A stretch of 61,647 bases of DNA from Candidatus Omnitrophota bacterium. Its GTDB lineage: Bacteria; Omnitrophota; Gorgyraeia; 2-01-FULL-45-10. Location of the stretch: assembly GCA_026387175.1 (NCBI GenBank), contig JAPLME010000005.1:1-61647 (forward strand), given 5' to 3'. The stretch's first letter is position 1, and the number at the start of each line of letters is the position of its first letter. The position numbers and the translations under genes were made by a program. Shown piece by piece: positions 1-9,471 of the stretch. Below the pieces are notes generated by a model. The model searched no databases. It worked only from the letters and a program-made list of their open reading frames with translations, and was not told the DNA's origin.

Positions 1-1794
1 AACTTCACGATATCTCGTCTCGCTATGACCGACCAGGGAAGCCCCGATCCCGATCTCTTTAAGATGGGGGAGGTTTGTCTGGTCCGTATAAGCGCCGATG
101 TTAAGGGAGAAGCCCTGGGCGAAGATATCGAATGGGGAGGTTACGGGATCTCGTAATAACATACTATTTTGATAATCCTTTTCACTGCCGCCTTTTAACG
201 GATCCATAAGATAAGCACTGTTCGGAGAATTAAAGGTGCCAGAAAAGAGCTCGTCAGTCACAGGCTTCGATTCGAATGAATTGCGGATAATCGCGCAAAC
301 ATATTCTGGCGCAGTTCTATTGTTATTAATGAAAATGCTTCCACTGAGAACGTCTAAAGCTTTTTTCAAGGACGATGATCGCCAGAAACGTGTTTCCTCG
401 TGCAATGTGTAAGACATGAGGTCTTTTTCATACAGAAATTCGGTAAATGTCAAAAGCGCATGCCATTTATTGGGATCCTCAGATTTAAGGCGCACGATTT
501 CCTGGAAAACTTTTCTTGCTACTTCCAGGGGCACCTGGATATCTTGCCCTTTCCACTGGTTTCTTAAAATGCACATTTCAGCCCCATTATTAGAGGAAGA
601 TGCACCAGCCGCGTAGTCGCGCGTTAAAAGGTTTTTGTCGAGATTGGCTTTAGTTAGATTCCTTAAACGAGGAAATTGCGTTAATAGCTTATCACCTAGT
701 TCCAAATAATCCTGCGCATATGCCTTGTCCAGGTCATTTACTATTTCTCCTTCCGGAGTTATTTCATACGGAAGTCCATATGCCACACCGATTTCATGAA
801 CTATTGTGTCTAGCGATATCGATATAATGGCGAGGATTTGACCAAAACAAATATCACTATGTGTGCCATCAAGTAAAATAGAGTCCCTTTCCAGCCGTTC
901 AAACTTAATCTTGTCCAAAAAGAAATATACGGCATTTTCACTTGTATGGCTTTTTACCGTTATAGGCTGACCATTTTCGTAGATAACCGGATAATCAACA
1001 CCCTGAGGCACTTTTATAAAAACAATATTTTTCCCATCAAAAGCTGTGGAAAGGCTTATGTTAAATATGCCCAGAAATTTTTCCAAATCATCTTGCAACA
1101 AGGGTAAAAAATTTTCGAAATACAACTTAGATTTTATTCTACTCGGGAATCTCTGGTCAAGATCGAGTTTTTCCGCGCGTCCTTTCATTTCGGCGAAATC
1201 ACCCGCTACTATACGCTCTCTTATAAATTTATCGATTACCCGTTCATTCTTTTCCACATATCTATTAACTGCTATGGTATCCTCCGGGTTTATTTCAGGC
1301 GTTCCATTTTTGAACTCGGCGGCGCTTTTATATTGCTCCTTTGTATATATATTTATAGGGACGCCGCCATCCTTGTCTTTCTGTAAAGGGAACGTAGCAT
1401 AATAGGTCCTTAAACCGTATTTATCCTTTAGCCTGACCATAACACAAGGCCCGGCATTTGTACGCTTTACCTCATGACAGAAGAATTGTATATCAGCCGG
1501 CTGAAATATAGTATTCTCTTTAAAATACCGCTTTCCCAGTGTTTTGAAAGCAGATATATCTATAATTTGTCTGTTACGAAATAATTGCATGAGCAGATTT
1601 TCAAGCGCAAGCTTTATTCTTCCCTCATCCTTAGGCTGTATTCCTACGATGTCACTTAATCCTGAAGGCGTAGCGAGCTTATCCGTATTAGGGCCGTGAT
1701 TTAATGTCTGACTGAATGCAAGGTCCGATGCTACGGCATTGAGCAGAAAGCATGCTGAGACTATCATCGATATTACTTTATTCACTCTTACCAT
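1..1794 (-). CDS. hypothetical secreted protein, truncated by the window edge (at least 598 aa); C-terminal end has a triosephosphate-isomerase-like signature
   Basis: Absent from the ORF track because no stop lies in the window. Manual reverse-complement translation from ATG (1794..1792, GGAGGA at 1798-1803) stays open to base 1. N-terminus MVRVNKVISMIVSACFLLNAVASDLAFSQ looks like a signal peptide. Last residues IGAYTDQTNLPHLKEIGIGASLVGHSETRY resemble the TIM block GAFTGE..LK.lG...iGHSERR. Confidence 0.6.
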   Translation of the reverse strand, partial: MVRVNKVISMIVSACFLLNAVASDLAFSQTLNHGPNTDKLATPSGLSDIVGIQPKDEGRIKLALENLLMQLFRNRQIIDISAFKTLGKRYFKENTIFQPADIQFFCHEVKRTNAGPCVMVRLKDKYGLRTYYATFPLQKDKDGGVPINIYTKEQYKSAAEFKNGTPEINPEDTIAVNRYVEKNERVIDKFIRERIVAGDFAEMKGRAEKLDLDQRFPSRIKSKLYFENFLPLLQDDLEKFLGIFNISLSTAFDGKNIVFIKVPQGVDYPVIYENGQPITVKSHTSENAVYFFLDKIKFERLERDSILLDGTHSDICFGQILAIISISLDTIVHEIGVAYGLPYEITPEGEIVNDLDKAYAQDYLELGDKLLTQFPRLRNLTKANLDKNLLTRDYAAGASSSNNGAEMCILRNQWKGQDIQVPLEVARKVFQEIVRLKSEDPNKWHALLTFTEFLYEKDLMSYTLHEETRFWRSSSLKKALDVLSGSIFINNNRTAPEYVCAIIRNSFESKPVTDELFSGTFNSPNSAYLMDPLKGGSEKDYQNSMLLRDPVTSPFDIFAQGFSLNIGAYTDQTNLPHLKEIGIGASLVGHSETRYREV

Positions 1795-1931
1795 ACATCC
1801 TCCGTTTTTATAGTGCTAAGAATTCAATGTGCTAACTGTTAAGACTGTAAACATTGTACTATATAAGGAAGGACTGTCAAGAGATATAAACTAGCTTTTT
1901 TATACATAACAGTATTTACCAGTAGAGTTTT

Positions 1932-1993
1932 GAAAAATAGGGACAGTCCCATTCAACGCTTAGTAAACACGTTGGGACAGTCCCTATTTTTTT
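1932..1993. repeat. 17-nt inverted repeat (AAAATAGGGACAGTCCC / GGGACAGTCCCTATTTT) with 23-nt spacer in a divergent intergenic region
   Basis: Arms 1934-1950 and 1974-1990 are complementary at 16 of 17 positions, and the right arm is followed by a T7 run. Each arm contains the mini-palindrome GGGAC-A-GTCCC. A third ACAGTCC lies at 1994-2000. Confidence 0.6.
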
Positions 1994-2030
1994 ACAGTCC
2001 TCATTTTCGGAGTAATTTTAAAAATAATAG

Positions 2031-2059
2031 TTGACAAAAGCAGCAGCTATGGTATAATC
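2031..2059 (+). promoter_or_regulatory. sigma70-type promoter for the Rrf2-cysK operon
   Basis: TTGACA (2031-2036), exactly 17-nt spacer, TATAAT (2054-2059). Both hexamers match consensus perfectly, 47 nt upstream of the GTG start at 2106. Confidence 0.6.
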
Positions 2060-2105
2060 ACTACTAAGTCAATCATATATATCGTCTTTAGAAAGGATCC
2101 CGACG

Positions 2106-2570
2106 GTGAAGATAACATACAAAGGTGATTACGCATTGAAGGCGCTATTCCAACTCGCCTTAAATTACGGCGATCCAGAGGAAGGCGTGCTGTCAATTAC
2201 CGAAATAGCGAAGCTGGGTGATATGCCGACAAATTTCCTCGAGCAGATACTCCTATCGCTAAGGCGCGGAGGATTCGTTAAATCCAGGCGCGGAGTTAAA
2301 GGCGGGTTTCTCTTGGCAAAAGACCCCAAAGATATAACTATCGGCGAGGTCATAAGGTTCTTTGAGGGCCCGATCGAGCCTATCGCATGTGTGGAGAAAG
2401 GCGCCTATACCAGATGTAAAGATATAAAGAGCTGTATATTCCGCGACCTCTGGAAGGAAGTGGGGGACGCTATATCGGTGGTGGTGGACACGGTAACGTT
2501 CGAAGAGCTCGTATTAAGGTATAAAAATAGAAGCCTGGGGGAACAGTCGGTTTATGAATATTCAATATAA
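2106..2570 (+). CDS. Rrf2-family transcriptional regulator (IscR/CymR-like) with three-Cys cluster motif
   Basis: N-terminal winged helix typical of Rrf2 ([10 protein letters not shown]...[43 protein letters not shown]). Also carries C-x8-C-x5-C ([16 protein letters not shown]). GTG start. Confidence 0.85.
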   Translation: MKITYKGDYALKALFQLALNYGDPEEGVLSITEIAKLGDMPTNFLEQILLSLRRGGFVKSRRGVKGGFLLAKDPKDITIGEVIRFFEGPIEPIACVEKGAYTRCKDIKSCIFRDLWKEVGDAISVVVDTVTFEELVLRYKNRSLGEQSVYEYSI

Positions 2571-2581
2571 GAGGTGAAGCC

Positions 2582-3511
2582 ATGGCAAAAAAGATCGCTA
2601 AAGACATATCCGAGTTAATAGGGGATACTCCGATGGTCAGGTTAGGGCGCCTTGTCACTCCCGGCATGGCGGAGGTGCTGGTCAAGCTCGAGCAATTCAA
2701 CCCGGGCGGAAGCATAAAGGACAGGATATGCCTTTCAATGATAGAGGCCGCTGAAAAGAAGGGCTTATTGAAGAAGGGCTCGACTATAATCGAGCCGACG
2801 AGCGGCAACACCGGCATCGGGCTTGCTATGATCTCCGCGGCGAAGGGATACAGATGCGTGCTTACGATGCCCGAAACTATGAGCATCGAGCGCAGGCAGA
2901 TATTAAAAGCCTATGGAGCGGATATAGTCCTTACAGAAGGCGCTAAAGGCATGAGGGGTGCGGTGGAGAAGGCGGAGGAGCTGTCGAAGAAAGCGCCGAA
3001 TAGTTTCATGCCGCAGCAGTTCAAGAATCCGGCAAATCCGGAAGCGCACAGGAAGACCACAGCAAAAGAGATCCTTGAGGCCACAGGCGGCAACCTCGAC
3101 GCGTTTGTCGCCGGAGTCGGAACGGGCGGCACTCTGACAGGAGTAGGAGAAGTCCTGAAGAAGCATAATCCAAAGATAAAGATAATAGCGGTCGAACCCA
3201 AGAATAGCCCGGTCCTGTCGGGTGGAAAGCCGGGGGTGCACAAAATACAGGGCATAGGAGCGGGATTCGTGCCCGAAGTATTGAATATTAAAATTATAGA
3301 CGAAATAGTGCAAGTGGAAGATTACGATGCTTTCAATACATCGAGGGCGCTGGCAAGAGATGAGGGCATATTTGCCGGCGTTTCGAGCGGCGCGGCGTTA
3401 TGGGCGGCGCTTAAGGTCTCCCGCGAGCTGGGTAAAGGCAAGACAGTGGTAACGATATTGCCTGATACGGGAGAGAGATATCTTTCGATGGAAGACGGTT
3501 TTAAGGTCTAG
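2582..3511 (+). CDS. cysK: cysteine synthase A (O-acetylserine sulfhydrylase)
   Basis: PLP-lysine motif [17 protein letters not shown] loop, and full-length similarity to CysK/CysM-type enzymes. Confidence 0.9.
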   Translation: MAKKIAKDISELIGDTPMVRLGRLVTPGMAEVLVKLEQFNPGGSIKDRICLSMIEAAEKKGLLKKGSTIIEPTSGNTGIGLAMISAAKGYRCVLTMPETMSIERRQILKAYGADIVLTEGAKGMRGAVEKAEELSKKAPNSFMPQQFKNPANPEAHRKTTAKEILEATGGNLDAFVAGVGTGGTLTGVGEVLKKHNPKIKIIAVEPKNSPVLSGGKPGVHKIQGIGAGFVPEVLNIKIIDEIVQVEDYDAFNTSRALARDEGIFAGVSSGAALWAALKVSRELGKGKTVVTILPDTGERYLSMEDGFKV

Positions 3512-3542
3512 CGCAGTATTTTAGAGAGGAGTGGTGTAAAAG

Positions 3543-4760
3543 ATGGCTAAGACGATAAAAGAGATCAACGAGAAAATAAAGCGCGGTGAGGTGGTGGTCG
3601 TGACCGCCGACGAGGTCATCGATCTCGTCGAGAAGAAGGGCCTTAAAGAGACGGCGCGTAAAGTCGATGTCGTGACGACAGGGACTTTCGGGCCGATGTG
3701 CTCATCGGGAGCGTATCTGAATATAGGCCACTCGAAACCGAAGATAAAACTAGGCGGCGGCCATGTCACATTGAATAACGTGCCCGCATATACGGGTTTC
3801 GCGGCGGTGGATATTTATATCGGCGCTACCGCTATGCCTGATGATGACCCGAGGAACAAAGTCTACCCGGGAGAATTCAAATACGGCGGCGGCCACGTTA
3901 TCGAGGAGCTGGTCGCGGGGAAAGACGTTATCCTGGAAGGCACGGCGTATGGCACCGACTGCTATCCGCGTAAGCATATCAAGACATACATTAATATCAA
4001 AGACATTAATGAGTCGGTCTTATTAAACCCCAGAAATTGTTATCAGAATTATAACTGCGCCGTTAACCTTTCATCTTCGAAGAATATCTATACCTATATG
4101 GGTATGCTCAAAGCGAATATAGGAAACGCGAACTATTGTTCGGCGGGACAGCTGTCGCCGCTATTAAAGGATCCGCACTATAAGACCATAGGGTTGGGGA
4201 CCAGGATATTTCTCGGTGGAGGCGTGGGCTACGTATACTGGCACGGCACGCAGCACAATCCCGGAGTAAAACGCAAGGAGAACGAAGTCCCTCAAGCGCC
4301 TGCCGGGACGCTTGCCGTGATGGGCGACCTGAAGCAGATGAGCGCGTCATGGCTGCGCGGCATATCGTTCCAGGGGTACGGCTCAAGCCTCAGCGTAGGC
4401 CTCGGGATCCCGATCCCCATCCTCGACGAGGAAATATTGAAATACGCCGCGGTAAAAGATGAGGATATATGGGCGCAGATAGTGGATTACAGCGAAGATT
4501 ATCCACAAGGCAGGGCGAGCTCGCTCGGAGAAGTGAATTATAAACAGCTTAAGAGCGGGAAGATCACCGTACAGGGCAAGGAGGTCCCGACCTCCTCGCT
4601 CTCAAGTTACGCCAAGGCTCTTGAGATAGCCGAGGAACTCAAGAAGTGGATCAGTGACAAGCAATTTTTCCTGACCGAGCCTGTCCAGACGCTTCCGGGT
4701 GCTTCGTCCGGATATGCGTTCAAAGGGCTGAAAGAACGGCCGGTAAAAGAAGAGGAGTAA
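3543..4760 (+). CDS. DUF39/COG1900 homocysteine biosynthesis protein (aspartate-semialdehyde sulfurtransferase-like)
   Basis: N-terminus KTIKEINEKIKRGEVVVVTADEV and the GTFGPM, GGGHV and NCYQNYN blocks are as I recall for COG1900/MA1821-type proteins. Sits directly after cysK. Confidence 0.7.
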   Translation: MAKTIKEINEKIKRGEVVVVTADEVIDLVEKKGLKETARKVDVVTTGTFGPMCSSGAYLNIGHSKPKIKLGGGHVTLNNVPAYTGFAAVDIYIGATAMPDDDPRNKVYPGEFKYGGGHVIEELVAGKDVILEGTAYGTDCYPRKHIKTYINIKDINESVLLNPRNCYQNYNCAVNLSSSKNIYTYMGMLKANIGNANYCSAGQLSPLLKDPHYKTIGLGTRIFLGGGVGYVYWHGTQHNPGVKRKENEVPQAPAGTLAVMGDLKQMSASWLRGISFQGYGSSLSVGLGIPIPILDEEILKYAAVKDEDIWAQIVDYSEDYPQGRASSLGEVNYKQLKSGKITVQGKEVPTSSLSSYAKALEIAEELKKWISDKQFFLTEPVQTLPGASSGYAFKGLKERPVKEEE

Positions 4761-4769
4761 TTTAAATAT

Positions 4770-5675
4770 ATGGAGCATTTCATACATATATTTCTTCATT
4801 ATCTGGCCGAGGTGCTTCCGGCGCTGGCTGTAGGATTTTTTATAAGCGGTATAGTGCACGAGCTTATTCCGGAAGACGCCGTCCTGAAATATTTAGGATC
4901 CGGAGGGATAATGCCCATCCTTGCCTCAACCCTGATTGGCACGCTTCTTCCCGTATGTTGCTGGGGTAGTTTGCCCATAGCGGTGAGTTTTTATAAGAAG
5001 GGCGCAAGGCTCGGGCCGGTATTGGCGTTCCTGGTCGCTACGCCTGCCACGTCCATCAGCGCGCTCTTTGTCTCATATAGTGTGCTGGGGCTCAAGTTCA
5101 CCGTATACATATTTTTTGCCGTGATAATAATGGGTGTATTGATGGGGCTCGTAGGCAATACGATCAGGCATGCTCCCCGGCGGGCGGCCGGACCAATAAA
5201 ATGTCCGCACTGCGAGATAGATCCGGCCCATGCGCACCTGCACAAGAAAAAGACTTTTGCTCAGAAGTTTATCTCAGCCCTTAAATATGCTTATATTGAA
5301 CTGCCAAAAGAGATCGGCGTGGAGCTTTTTATCGGAATAGTCCTGGCGGCGTTCGTCGCGACATTCATGCCTCTCGGTAGACTGATAAAGGAATTCTTAA
5401 GCGGATGGTTCGGCTACGTATTTGCCATAGTGTTTGGCATACTTATGTATATATGTTCTACGGCAACGGTTCCGCTGGTCGATAGCCTTATTCGGCAAGG
5501 CATGAACTCAGGCGCCGGTATGACGCTTTTACTCATAGGGCCCGTCACGAGCTATGGCACAATTCTCGTTCTGCGGAAAGAGTACGGGATGAAGGTCCTC
5601 TCCATATTCTTAGGGGTTTTAATAGTTACCTCGCTTTTACTCGGTGTTGGGTTCCAGGCCCTGAAAGGATTTTAG
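4770..5675 (+). CDS. polytopic membrane permease (COG0701/UPF0718-like), with CC motif and His-rich loop
   Basis: Multiple hydrophobic helices, LLPVCCWGSLP motif, and central loop CPHCEIDPAHAHLH. Confidence 0.6.
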   Translation: MEHFIHIFLHYLAEVLPALAVGFFISGIVHELIPEDAVLKYLGSGGIMPILASTLIGTLLPVCCWGSLPIAVSFYKKGARLGPVLAFLVATPATSISALFVSYSVLGLKFTVYIFFAVIIMGVLMGLVGNTIRHAPRRAAGPIKCPHCEIDPAHAHLHKKKTFAQKFISALKYAYIELPKEIGVELFIGIVLAAFVATFMPLGRLIKEFLSGWFGYVFAIVFGILMYICSTATVPLVDSLIRQGMNSGAGMTLLLIGPVTSYGTILVLRKEYGMKVLSIFLGVLIVTSLLLGVGFQALKGF

Positions 5676-5795
5676 TAACCGGCATCTGTTGCGGCTTAAC
5701 GATATAGTGGTATAATATCGTAATTATATATGGCCGATATCAGAGATATCGGCACTTAGCCTACAATATGGCTGAATAAACTAGGGAGGAAGAGC

Positions 5796-6026
5796 ATGAA
5801 GATAAAGAAGACTGTTATTGTATTTTTCATTTCCATCGTGGTTGCCGCGGCTGTTTTAGGTTTAACGGGCCGTGCCATACACGCGCAGAGTTCCGATTCA
5901 TCCGATTCCGTGGTGGCCGCGAAACTGGATAAGGTGCTCGTCAACCAGAAATCGATAATGGAAGACCTCGCCGCGATGAAGGAAGAGCTGAGGATAATAA
6001 AGGTAAGAATAACCCAGGCGCAATAA
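5796..6026 (+). CDS. small secreted hypothetical protein
   Basis: GGGAGGAAG RBS 5-6 nt upstream. Signal-like N-terminus MKIKKTVIVFFISIVVAAAVLGLTGRAIHA, then a short coiled-coil-like tail. Confidence 0.5.
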   Translation: MKIKKTVIVFFISIVVAAAVLGLTGRAIHAQSSDSSDSVVAAKLDKVLVNQKSIMEDLAAMKEELRIIKVRITQAQ

Positions 6027-6060
6027 AGCCCGTCTTCCGTAGAAAGCGGAGATAATAATT

Positions 6061-6780
6061 ATGGCCGGAGAACATGTGGCTTATATAGGAGCGTTTACGG
6101 CGGGATTCTTAACGTTCCTGTCGCCTTGCATCTTACCGCTCATACCGTCTTTCATAGCGTACATCGCGGGAGTATCATATAATGACCTTAAGGACGCCCA
6201 GAGAGATATCCGCGCGAAGACGATTTCGCACACTATTCTGTTTATAATCGGGTTCTCGGTCGTATTTGTATTGATGGGGCTCACCGCGACAGCCATCGGT
6301 AAGACACTCTTCGCGTATCAAAAGTATATACGTATAGGCGGCGGCGCCCTGATAACACTCTTCGGCCTTATGTTGACGGGCGTCCTGAAGATCGATTTTT
6401 TGGAAAAAAGCTTTCACCTGCAACTGCATGTCAAGAAGGCGACTTATTTGGGCTCTTTCCTGGTAGGGGTGACTTTCGCGGCGGCGTGGACGCCGTGCGC
6501 CGGAGCGCTGTTCGGCTCGATACTGGTCATAGCCGGAACTAAGGGTAATCTGGCGGAGGGGGTGAAGCTCCTTACGTTATATTCAATGGGAATAGGCGTC
6601 CCGTTTTTGATCACGGCAATAGCGATGCAGACATTTCTGGTATATTTTAACCGTTTCAAAAGCGCCATGGTATATATCAATAAGGCCGCGGGCGCTATCC
6701 TTGTGTTGGTGGGGGCGCTGATAATCACCGATTCGTTAAATGTGGTTACACAAAAGGTCGTGAATATTTTCGCGAAATAA
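6061..6780 (+). CDS. ccdA: cytochrome c biogenesis / thiol-disulfide transporter CcdA (DsbD transmembrane domain)
   Basis: FLSPCILPLIPSF and WTPCAG motifs; six predicted TM helices. Confidence 0.85.
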   Translation: MAGEHVAYIGAFTAGFLTFLSPCILPLIPSFIAYIAGVSYNDLKDAQRDIRAKTISHTILFIIGFSVVFVLMGLTATAIGKTLFAYQKYIRIGGGALITLFGLMLTGVLKIDFLEKSFHLQLHVKKATYLGSFLVGVTFAAAWTPCAGALFGSILVIAGTKGNLAEGVKLLTLYSMGIGVPFLITAIAMQTFLVYFNRFKSAMVYINKAAGAILVLVGALIITDSLNVVTQKVVNIFAK

Positions 6781-6796
6781 AATGAGGAGAGAGGTT

Positions 6797-7294
6797 ATGA
6801 GAAAGAATATATTTGCCAAAGCATTCATTCTGCTGGTGCCGGTATTTCTGTTATGCGCTTGCGCTAAGGGATATGGTGAAGCGCCCTCAGTCGCGCCCGA
6901 TATCAGTCTGCGTGATATGAACGGCAATACGGTGAAGCTGTCCGATTTTAAGGGAAAGGTGATAATACTCGACTTCTTCGCTACGTGGTGCCCTCCATGC
7001 AGACAGGAGATCCCCGATTTTATAGCGCTTCAAAAGCAACATGCCGAGCAAGGGTTTGTTATGATTGGTGTTTCGCTTACACCACAGGAAGATGTCAAAC
7101 CGTTTGCCGAAAAACTCGGAATGAATTACACTATCCTAATCGGAGATGATAAGGCAAATGCCGCATACGGCCCGATCAGATCGATCCCGACGACATTTAT
7201 TATTGATAAAAAATTTAATATAGTGAAAAAATATATAGGTTACAGGCCTAAAGATACGTTCGAGAACGATATCGGGGAGCTTTTGAGCAAGTAG
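6797..7294 (+). CDS. TlpA/ResA-like thiol:disulfide oxidoreductase lipoprotein
   Basis: WCPPC active site in a thioredoxin fold, and a lipobox-like FLLCAC. I prefer the second ATG (6797), which follows GGAGAGAGG, over the track start at 6782. Confidence 0.8.
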   Translation: MRKNIFAKAFILLVPVFLLCACAKGYGEAPSVAPDISLRDMNGNTVKLSDFKGKVIILDFFATWCPPCRQEIPDFIALQKQHAEQGFVMIGVSLTPQEDVKPFAEKLGMNYTILIGDDKANAAYGPIRSIPTTFIIDKKFNIVKKYIGYRPKDTFENDIGELLSK

Positions 7295-7315
7295 ACAAGT
7301 AGAAAGGAAAAGATC

Positions 7316-7537
7316 ATGAAAGAAAGAATAGAGAAAGCGCTGGCAAAGGTAAGGCGCGCGCTGCAGCAGGATGGCGGTGATATCGAACTTGTAGCGATCG
7401 AGGACGGTGTGGTCAAAGTCCGCCTGAAAGGCGCCTGCGCCGGATGTCCGATGAGCCAGATGACTCTCGCGAATTTCGTCGAGAGAGAACTGAAGGGCGC
7501 TGTCCCGGAGATCAAGAGAGTCGAGCCGGTGCTGTAG
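7316..7537 (+). CDS. NifU C-terminal-domain (Nfu-type) Fe-S carrier
   Basis: LQQDGGDIELV...VKVRLKGACAGCPMS with the CxxC motif. Confidence 0.8.
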   Translation: MKERIEKALAKVRRALQQDGGDIELVAIEDGVVKVRLKGACAGCPMSQMTLANFVERELKGAVPEIKRVEPVL

Positions 7538-7564
7538 AATAAAAGGATAAAAGGGCGGAATAAG

Positions 7565-8347
7565 ATGAAGATATTACGGCCGCTGGTGGTCCTGGATCTG
7601 GAGACGACCGGCACATGGGTCGAAAAAGACAGGATCGTCGAGATAGGGATGATAAAGATGATGCCCGACGGGACAAGGGCTGACTACATAAAACGCGTCA
7701 ATCCCGGCATGCCCATACCGCCGAATGTCGTACGGATCATCAATATCACGGACGATGACGTTAAGGACAAACCGCGTTTTAAGGATATCGCGAAAGAGGC
7801 GCTCTCCTTTATAGGGGATTCCGACCTCGCGGGCTTTAATATCCTGCGGTTTGACCTGCCTTTATTGGAACGCGAATTTTACGATGCCGGCTTAAGTTTT
7901 TACTGGCGCGACCGGAATATATTTGACGCCCAGAAGATATACCATATACATGAAAGGCGGGACCTGATGGCCGCCTATCTCCTCTATTGCGGCAAAGAAC
8001 TCGAAAACGCGCATTCAGCTCTAAACGATGCCGAGGCGGCTATGGATATACTGGATGCCGAGATAAAGAGATACGGCGCCGAAGAGAAAGGCATAGAGTC
8101 CTTAAGGGATTTCGACTATGAACGCGGAAGCGAATATTTCGATAGAGAGCGGAAGTTTTCCTGGTGGAACGGCGAGCTGTATCCTACGTTCGGTAAGCAT
8201 GGCAGGAAGAAACATATAAGGGATATCGCGAAAGAAGACCGGGAGTATTTAGAGTGGATACTCACCAAAGACTTTAGCGGTGATATCAAGGCCATGATAA
8301 AGGCCGCCCTTGACGGCCGTTTCCCGCAGGCCCCGAAAGGGACATAG
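7565..8347 (+). CDS. DEDDh 3'-5' exonuclease (DnaQ/epsilon-like) with C-terminal extension
   Basis: ExoI VVLDLETTG; ExoIII HSALNDAEA. Confidence 0.75.
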   Translation: MKILRPLVVLDLETTGTWVEKDRIVEIGMIKMMPDGTRADYIKRVNPGMPIPPNVVRIINITDDDVKDKPRFKDIAKEALSFIGDSDLAGFNILRFDLPLLEREFYDAGLSFYWRDRNIFDAQKIYHIHERRDLMAAYLLYCGKELENAHSALNDAEAAMDILDAEIKRYGAEEKGIESLRDFDYERGSEYFDRERKFSWWNGELYPTFGKHGRKKHIRDIAKEDREYLEWILTKDFSGDIKAMIKAALDGRFPQAPKGT

Positions 8348-8349
8348 AG

Positions 8350-8997
8350 ATGATAATTACCAGGCAGAAAGAGTTTAAAGAGATACTGAAATTTCTCGAA
8401 GGGCAGACGAGGATTTTTATCATCGGGTGCGGGGAATGCTCTACGACCTGCAAGACGGGTGGAGAAGACGATGTAAGGAAGATCAGGGAGGCGCTGGAGA
8501 AGGCAGGTAAGGTTGTTACCGGCTACTGCGTCCCCTCGGCGCCATGCGTTGCCGCGAAAGTCAAACTCGAGCTTGCCAAAAGCCGTAAGATGATAGAATC
8601 GTCGGATGCTATACTTGTCCTCGCCTGCGGGCTTGGCATCCAGTCCGTCAAAGATAATCTACGGACCGGCAAGCCCATTCACGTCGGATGCGATACCTTA
8701 TTCATGGGCCAGATCGATTCAAGCAATGCTTTCCTCGAGAGATGCGCTGCCTGCGGAGATTGCGTGCTCGAGCTCACGGGCCTTATATGTCCGGTGACGC
8801 GGTGCCCTAAAGGGCTATTAAACGGCCCATGCGGCGGGCAGGATAAAGGAAAGTGTGAAATTGACAAGGATAAAGATTGCGCCTGGATCCTTATATATAA
8901 CGAACTGAAAAAACAGGATAAGCTTCATCTGTTTAAGCAGGTCAGGCCCCCTAAGGACCATTCGAAATCTCTAAGGCCGCGCAGCCTTTCATTGTAA
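8350..8997 (+). CDS. methylenetetrahydrofolate reductase C-terminal-domain (MetV-like) Cys-rich protein
   Basis: CGECSTTC, CAACGDC and CPKGLLNGPCGG motifs; NGPCGG is what I recall from the MTHFR_C family. Confidence 0.55.
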   Translation: MIITRQKEFKEILKFLEGQTRIFIIGCGECSTTCKTGGEDDVRKIREALEKAGKVVTGYCVPSAPCVAAKVKLELAKSRKMIESSDAILVLACGLGIQSVKDNLRTGKPIHVGCDTLFMGQIDSSNAFLERCAACGDCVLELTGLICPVTRCPKGLLNGPCGGQDKGKCEIDKDKDCAWILIYNELKKQDKLHLFKQVRPPKDHSKSLRPRSLSL

Positions 8998-9011
8998 AAA
9001 AGAGATATTTT

Positions 9012-9458
9012 ATGAACGGGATATTTAAGATAGCGGCCGTTGTGATGATTTTGTCGTTTTCCGTGTGCCTTGCCGCTTCTACGGAGGAAGACTGGCAGCG
9101 CCTGACGGACGAGGCACTCGACCTTTATTACTATGGTAATTATAAAGAAGCCGTTGGTGTGGCCAGGGAAGCTCTTAAGACAGGCGAGGAGCTATTCGGG
9201 CCCGATGACCTTAAAGTGGCCGGATCGGTAGATAACCTCGCTACCTACATGGCCGCCGCGGGAAATACTAAGGAAGCTGACCGGCTCTATCAAAGGGCGT
9301 TATCGATACTCCGGGAGAAGCTTCCACCCAACGATCAATATCTGGCTATCTTTATGGATTATCTGGCTATATTTTATGATAAGATCGGTAAGAACGGATA
9401 CGCGAAAGAATTGCGTGAACGGGCGAAAGCAATAAGGCTTAAAAAATCCGCCGGATAG
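9012..9458 (+). CDS. secreted TPR-repeat protein
   Basis: Signal-like N-terminus plus TPR-like A/Y/L periodicity (YYYGNYKEAVGVAREAL..., AEADRLYQRALSI...). Confidence 0.6.
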   Translation: MNGIFKIAAVVMILSFSVCLAASTEEDWQRLTDEALDLYYYGNYKEAVGVAREALKTGEELFGPDDLKVAGSVDNLATYMAAAGNTKEADRLYQRALSILREKLPPNDQYLAIFMDYLAIFYDKIGKNGYAKELRERAKAIRLKKSAG

Positions 9459-9471
9459 ATGGAGGAATAAT

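Noticed and set aside
2470-3313. Minus-strand ORFs of 114-138 aa opposite cysK
   Set aside because: These are shadow ORFs inside a gene with clear PLP-enzyme motifs.
5733-5753. Hairpin GCCGATATC-AGA-GATATCGGC as the terminator of the permease gene
   Set aside because: It has a perfect 9-bp stem but no downstream T tract, and it lies after a TGGTATAAT extended -10-like box. Its role is ambiguous, so it is not listed as a feature.
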